DNA of 54,734 bases, taken from Candidatus Woesearchaeota archaeon (lineage in GTDB: Archaea > Nanobdellota > Nanobdellia > Woesearchaeales > GCA-2687795). Below, piece by piece: positions 49,842 to 54,734 of the stretch. The stretch covers positions 1 through 54,734 of the forward strand of contig NZBG01000004.1 of NCBI GenBank assembly GCA_002687795.1, read 5' to 3'. Under the pieces are notes generated by a model. It saw only the letters and a list, made by a program, of their open reading frames with translations. It was not told the origin of the DNA and searched no databases. A program made the translations under genes and the position numbers. Positions within the stretch are counted from its first letter, which is position 1. Every line of letters starts with the position of its first letter.

Positions 49842-50147
49842 CAACAACATCTCATCCATACTCTCCTCAATAAGCTTCAGAACCTCTTTCTCACTAAAAC
49901 TGAACTCCGGATAGTTCTTAATAAGATGCTTAACTCTATTAACCGCTTTATCTTTAATCTCTTCCTTCTCCTCATCAGTCCATGTAAACTCCTGGGCTTT
50001 CTCAAACACATCTGCGCTGTAATCTCTTATCTCATCGCTAAGATGCTTCTCAGATTCAGGCTTGTTTGTATGTTTAACTAATATCTTATGCAGAACTATG
50101 TTTCCTATACATTTGCCTAGGGATTTGATATACTTATTTTTGCCCAT
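49839..50147 (-). CDS. Hypothetical protein (cassette gene 2)
   Basis: 102-aa ORF. Its stop lies inside the distal repeat copy. Confidence 0.4.
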   Translation of the reverse strand: MGKNKYIKSLGKCIGNIVLHKILVKHTNKPESEKHLSDEIRDYSADVFEKAQEFTWTDEEKEEIKDKAVNRVKHLIKNYPEFSFSEKEVLKLIEESMDEMLL

Positions 50148-50962
50148 CTTGCTTGCTTTATTCTTTTTAATGTATCCTTCAATAACTGCTCCAGATATAA
50201 TAATCCAATTTTTTTATCAGTCCTGGAATAATTATTTGATCTAAGCCTGTTCACTAAATTTATTCCTAACTCATCCTCAATAATCTTATTCAATTTTATA
50301 TTATCAATTATTCCATCCAAAGCCAGGTTTACCAGCCATGAGTTTCTAATAGCTCTATAGAGCTCTAACCCAGACAAATCCTCCTCATCAACTATACTGA
50401 AATCAACCTTCATTCTTAACTCTAACCTTGGAATATTAACCTTTGAAGGAAGCTTTAGAGCACCATATATTGTCTTCCTGTTCTTTAATTGATACACTAA
50501 AGATATATTTATAGGATAAGAGTTGCAGAATGTTTTCTCATCATATACCTCTAAATCCAGATTCAAGCCATGCCTTTTAGCTTCCTTCTTAATCTGAACG
50601 ATTCTCTGATATTTCTCAGCCAGTTTCTTCCAGAACTTCTTTTTAACAATAACCAAGACATCTATATCATTATAATCATGATAGTTGTTATAGACAACAG
50701 AGCCATAGATGGTAATCGAACTTACATTCCTTAGATTCTTTAATACAAGCTGCTTTAGCCTTTTCTCAATTGCCTTGGCTTTTGGATTATAATCCAGCTT
50801 ATTTAACAAGCCTCTGCTATCTATCGAGTTCATTTCCCTTAGCTTAGGCCTTACAAATCTGCTTAGATAGTTTGAATCCTGCTGCGTAAGCTTAGCGCTA
50901 CTTAGTTTCTTGTTTATTACTTCAGTTTCTCTTTTAGTTAATAACAAACTTTCTTGTACCAT
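50117..50962 (-). CDS. HTH plus Pol-beta-type nucleotidyltransferase domain protein (cassette gene 1)
   Basis: LTKRETEVI is LuxR-like. IYGSVV....H...DIDVLVIV is the minimal NTase motif GS-x(n)-DxD. The C-terminal helical region is YRAIRNSW. Confidence 0.6.
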   Translation of the reverse strand: MVQESLLLTKRETEVINKKLSSAKLTQQDSNYLSRFVRPKLREMNSIDSRGLLNKLDYNPKAKAIEKRLKQLVLKNLRNVSSITIYGSVVYNNYHDYNDIDVLVIVKKKFWKKLAEKYQRIVQIKKEAKRHGLNLDLEVYDEKTFCNSYPINISLVYQLKNRKTIYGALKLPSKVNIPRLELRMKVDFSIVDEEDLSGLELYRAIRNSWLVNLALDGIIDNIKLNKIIEDELGINLVNRLRSNNYSRTDKKIGLLYLEQLLKDTLKRIKQARWAKISISNP

Positions 50963-51051
50963 ATAATGACTGTGGTTATTAACTTGTATATAAGCTTTTC
51001 TCTTTTAATAGATTAATATAGCTTCTATTATAATTAAGATATACAAAACCT

Positions 51052-51137
51052 AAAGAATCAAAGCTCTACCTTCTTCTTATCTTTCATTGCGGTAGGAGCC
51101 TGGCCTCCATGCCATGTAAACCTTGGCCTAACCCTCA
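51052..51137. repeat. 86-bp direct repeat, proximal copy (functional 3' end of the ATPase gene)
   Basis: See 49756..49841. Confidence 0.85.
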
Positions 51138-53679
51138 TTGCATACATTCTTTCATTCATGTCATCTATAGCAATAGCTGAGCCTTTAACCCTTGGCAGGT
51201 TATCAAGCTGTTTGTCTAAACCTTCCCTCATATAGCTCTGCATCAGCATTCCCAATGCTTCGGTGTCAAGCTTTGCGGTGATCCTATGGCTAAGGATAAC
51301 ATCTGACTGCGTCATAACATCTGTATGTATCTTGCCAGGCTGCTGTGTTGCCAGGATTAAAGAAACACCAGGTTGCCTACCTTCTCTAAGAATTGTAACA
51401 ATAGCATCAGTTGCAGCTGTCTTGCCCTTCAAAGGCGCAAACTCATGCGCTTCATCAATAGCCATCCATACCAAAGGCATCTCCTGCTTTTCCTCTTTCT
51501 CTTCAGCAAAATACTCTGTTGCTGTGGAAACAGCGCCATACTCTTCCTTCTTTCTTGCAACCATCCTTTGTATAAACAGTTTCTGGGCTACGATCCCAAT
51601 AACCAATGCTTTTACCTTCCATCCTCCAGGGGCTGTTGCATAACAGCTCACATCAAGCACAGTAACCTGGCCAGGGGCAGCAAGCTCACTAATTTCTGTG
51701 CCTTTCTCGCTAAAAACTCCCCAGTCTTTTGTGGCCTCAAACCTGTTCTCAGCAGCATCCTTAACAGCCTTCTCCACTTTAGTATCCTTCCTGATAACAT
51801 CAAGAATATCATCCATGGAAAAATTCTTCTTTTTCTTTTTCAGGTCCAGAATAATTCTTTCAATAAACACACCTAAAGGGTCAGTGGATTTCAACTCAAA
51901 GGTCAGCCACCAGTCCTCAGGATTCAACTCAGAAGGCTTGATGGAAAAGGGAAAATCTGTGGGAATGCCCTGCTCTTTATACTTCTTATAATACCCAGTA
52001 GGTGTATAAATCTGGATATTAAGCCCTTTAGGCTTTAAGCCCCATTCATTCAAAAGCTCCTTATCCTTCATATTAGGATACTTCATAGTCCAGTAGATGC
52101 CCATTGTATCCAGTAATATTATAGAAAGATTATTTGAGATTTCCTTTGGGAGGTCTGTCATGCCTTCTGCTATGACGCCCATGGTGTAGCTATTATGCAC
52201 GATAATGTCATTCGCAACAAAATTATGGTTTTCTGGGACAGATATGTCGTAAACAGTGAAGTTTCCTTGCAATTTCTCCATATAAACTATCTCATCCCAG
52301 AATATGTCAGATGCTGCTAGATTCTTAATGAAAGTGTTATTATCAGTAATAGCCATCTGGAGAAGTTTTTGCCTTGAAGGAGCATAGTTAATGCTACTTC
52401 TAGCAGCTTTTGGGCTGGAGTATCCTAATCCTTTACCAACTTTTACCCAGCTTTCAGGTCTATAAGAATCCCATAATTCCTTAGGGACTGTGTCTATGTT
52501 AGGATTTCTTTTACTCGATTCGGTTTCTCTTAAAGCTTTATTTTGTCTTTCTTCCTTCTCTCCGAAGAATCCTATCTCTTGTATGAATTTATACACTTTC
52601 TCCCCTTTGATTTTAATTTCGTAAGTACTAAAACTTTTTTTATTTAGTTTCATAGTTTTAGTTCTTATTTTGGATAAAACCTCAAATCGTAATAATAAAT
52701 GCTGTACTTGATGGATAAGTTCTCTTGAAGAAGAGCAATAGGAAATTCTCCAGGATCTACTATCTTTTTCAAAGTATAAAGAGCCATCACAACTAAATAA
52801 CCTGTTTAAGAATAACTTCATATTGGACTTTGAGGATTTAAACATAATCTTTGGAATAATCTTTTCTTTAGATTTTAATCCATAAATACCTGTTTTATCT
52901 AGCCATAGCCTTAGAGAACTTTTATGGTGGAATTTACTGCCCTTTTCAAATTGTCCTTTTTCGTTTCTTATAGCTTTTTCTGTGCTCCTTTTGTTGTTTG
53001 CAGATATTCTGAAGCAGAATTCATTGCTATGTTGTTTAATTGTTAGATTAGAGTCAAAATCGTTCACAGCTCTATTAAAATCGTCTATGATTATCTTATC
53101 TTTGTTTGTGAATAATACAAATCTATTTCCTAAATGGCCTTCAGCAATAAGATAAGCTAGGAGCTTTATCTTATGCTCTTCAAGACTATCTTCTCCAAAT
53201 GCACTTATTATCCTTGGTGTAGCAATCCTTGAACCTGCGTTTAGCTCTTCAGCTGGAATCCAACCATTAATTGTTAAAAGAGGATGCTCAGGAGTTAGTT
53301 TTATCTCCTTTCCACTCCTTAGTTTTATATGTAAGAGTTCATTAACATTTCTTTTAAAGAAACCAGATTTCTGGGCTTTATTTATCTTAAGTTCCTTATT
53401 AAGGCTTAAAATATCATGGTCATCATATTCAAGGTCTTTAATGGGAATAGTACTACCATCATTTAGCGTTATTAAAGTATCACCATCAAGACACTTCCCG
53501 CCGCCTCTCTTACCGCAGACAAACACAATATGAGAATTTGTAACATCCATATAAATATTATTAGAAAGCGAGGTAACCTGGCCCATCTTAACATAATGCC
53601 TGCCAAGAAGCACTGCTCCCTTTTTACCATACTTCACCCTATCTTTCTCATTCCTTCCAAGAATAATATCATAGACCAT
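51058..53679 (-). CDS. HerA/DUF87-family P-loop ATPase containing an intein
   Basis: The exteins join to give Walker A GKRGGGK|S. Walker B is WMAIDEAHEF. The extein totals 439 aa, typical of archaeal DUF87 ATPases. Confidence 0.85.
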   Translation of the reverse strand: MVYDIILGRNEKDRVKYGKKGAVLLGRHYVKMGQVTSLSNNIYMDVTNSHIVFVCGKRGGGKCLDGDTLITLNDGSTIPIKDLEYDDHDILSLNKELKINKAQKSGFFKRNVNELLHIKLRSGKEIKLTPEHPLLTINGWIPAEELNAGSRIATPRIISAFGEDSLEEHKIKLLAYLIAEGHLGNRFVLFTNKDKIIIDDFNRAVNDFDSNLTIKQHSNEFCFRISANNKRSTEKAIRNEKGQFEKGSKFHHKSSLRLWLDKTGIYGLKSKEKIIPKIMFKSSKSNMKLFLNRLFSCDGSLYFEKDSRSWRISYCSSSRELIHQVQHLLLRFEVLSKIRTKTMKLNKKSFSTYEIKIKGEKVYKFIQEIGFFGEKEERQNKALRETESSKRNPNIDTVPKELWDSYRPESWVKVGKGLGYSSPKAARSSINYAPSRQKLLQMAITDNNTFIKNLAASDIFWDEIVYMEKLQGNFTVYDISVPENHNFVANDIIVHNSYTMGVIAEGMTDLPKEISNNLSIILLDTMGIYWTMKYPNMKDKELLNEWGLKPKGLNIQIYTPTGYYKKYKEQGIPTDFPFSIKPSELNPEDWWLTFELKSTDPLGVFIERIILDLKKKKKNFSMDDILDVIRKDTKVEKAVKDAAENRFEATKDWGVFSEKGTEISELAAPGQVTVLDVSCYATAPGGWKVKALVIGIVAQKLFIQRMVARKKEEYGAVSTATEYFAEEKEEKQEMPLVWMAIDEAHEFAPLKGKTAATDAIVTILREGRQPGVSLILATQQPGKIHTDVMTQSDVILSHRITAKLDTEALGMLMQSYMREGLDKQLDNLPRVKGSAIAIDDMNERMYAMRVRPRFTWHGGQAPTAMKDKKKVEL
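52192..53493 (-). mobile_element. 434-aa intein with a LAGLIDADG homing endonuclease domain, inserted in the Walker A loop
   Basis: Begins with Cys (CLDGDTLI). Block B is LTPEHPLL. LAGLIDADG motifs are LLAYLIAEGHL and FLNRLFSCDGSL. It ends IIVHN, followed by the +1 Ser. Confidence 0.85.
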
Positions 53680-53706
53680 GCAATAACCACAGCTTAAATA
53701 GAATAT

Positions 53707-53782
53707 AAATGTTTTGCTTTAATGGGTGTTAAATAGCTTTACTCTATGAAGTAAGTATGGCGAGAGAAGTATGACGCAGGAC
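53707..53782. repeat. Conserved intergenic element, copy B (partner at 29111..29182)
   Basis: See copy A. It lies 28-103 nt upstream of the ATPase start codon on the minus strand. Confidence 0.55.
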
Positions 53783-53787
53783 GAAAA

Positions 53788-53949
53788 TTATTTCTTAAGA
53801 ACAAGTTTTAATAAGTATCCAATAAATCCACCTACAGCACCAGCTATGGTAGTATAGATCAAATTATAATTTGTAAATGTTCCCACACTAACAATTAATA
53901 TTATTACGGGGATTAGTACAATTAATTCAGTTTTATTTTTTTTCTTCAT
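53788..53949 (-). CDS. 53-aa hydrophobic micro-protein (absent from the ORF track)
   Basis: Hand translation gives MKKKNKTELIVLIPVIILIVSVGTFTNYNLIYTTIAGAVGGFIGYLLKLVLKK, with two predicted TM helices. Confidence 0.35.
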   Translation of the reverse strand: MKKKNKTELIVLIPVIILIVSVGTFTNYNLIYTTIAGAVGGFIGYLLKLVLKK

Positions 53950-54071
53950 GTAACTTTATACTCATTACCTATATTTAATACTTTCTTATAATTTTTCGAG
54001 AAAATTGTAACTAATATCTATTTCCACTACTCATTGCAGAGAATGGACCCAGTTTACAGAGATATCAAGAC

Positions 54072-54734
54072 TTAATACTCCCTCTCAACAACATAATCAG
54101 CCAATCCTAACAAGAAATCTTTACCTTCCTTCTTAAAATCTCCATTAACTAAGCAGGATTTTGCTTCCATCACCATCTCCTTTGCAAGCTCCTTACTATA
54201 ATCCAGAGAGCCAGTCTTAACTATAATCTCCTTAACCTTCTCTATATCTTTCTTTAAAATATTTTTATTCCCCAAACATTTCATAATAACCTTCTTATCC
54301 TTATTATTAGCCTTATCTAATGCCTTCTTAATCAGCAACGTCTTCTTGCCTTCCCTTAAATCATTCCCAACCTGTTTCCCTGTAGTTTCAGCTGTTCCAA
54401 ACATGCCAAGGATATCATCCTGGAGTTGGAACGCCTGGCCTAATGAAATAGCAAATTCAGTTAGAACATTTAGCTGGTTTTCATTCGCTTCCCCAAGAAT
54501 TGCGCCAATATGCAAAGGCCCTTCTATTGTATATATTGCAGACTTTAATTTATGAATCTTGGCAATATCTTCTTCTTTAATATCAGTGCTTGTTTCTGAA
54601 AGCACGTCAAGCATCTGGCCAAAGCATGTATTAATAATCACCCTATTAAACTTATCCAAAGCCTTAACCTTTAACTCCGGAGGAAAATCAGTGTTCATAA
54701 TAGCTTCTGAGCCAAGTACTGAGACAATATCGCC
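54072..54734 (-). CDS. Polyprenyl (geranylgeranyl) diphosphate synthase, N-terminus beyond the window
   Basis: Second aspartate-rich motif FQLQDDILG and KT..L. The frame stays open to the window end. Confidence 0.85.
   Translation of the reverse strand, partial: GDIVSVLGSEAIMNTDFPPELKVKALDKFNRVIINTCFGQMLDVLSETSTDIKEEDIAKIHKLKSAIYTIEGPLHIGAILGEANENQLNVLTEFAISLGQAFQLQDDILGMFGTAETTGKQVGNDLREGKKTLLIKKALDKANNKDKKVIMKCLGNKNILKKDIEKVKEIIVKTGSLDYSKELAKEMVMEAKSCLVNGDFKKEGKDFLLGLADYVVEREY

Overview
This window looks like an AT-rich archaeal chromosome segment with DPANN-like gene content; that affiliation is an impression, not a computed result. All product calls come from motif recognition by eye, and no database search was run. 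Archaeal core genes are present: MCM helicase, TBP, PCNA, topoisomerase VI subunit B, Kae1, ribosomal protein L35Ae, an aDim2-like KH protein and RNase P RNA. A bacterial-type block (gyrB, groES, groEL) sits among them. Other recognisable content: a MoxR/vWA membrane cluster, pyrC-pyrE, a GTPase/Zn-ribbon/RimK cluster, GT2 and GT4 glycosyltransferases, a PIG-L deacetylase and many lineage-specific hypotheticals. The best-supported unusual features are these. (1) A 187-nt tRNA-Leu(CAA) gene carries three introns, at 30/31, 37/38 and 59/60, each with a readable bulge-helix-bulge motif. (2) The tRNA-His 3' end is repeated twice more downstream, bracketing a roughly 1.1-kb insertion with one cargo gene. 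(3) A 434-aa LAGLIDADG intein splits the Walker A loop of a HerA/DUF87-type ATPase. (4) An 86-bp direct repeat copying that ATPase's 3' end flanks a two-gene nucleotidyltransferase cassette. (5) A methyltransferase gene has an in-frame TAG. (6) A 12-mer triple repeat plus a long palindrome lie just upstream of mcm. No CRISPR array, rRNA, transposase or integrase was seen.
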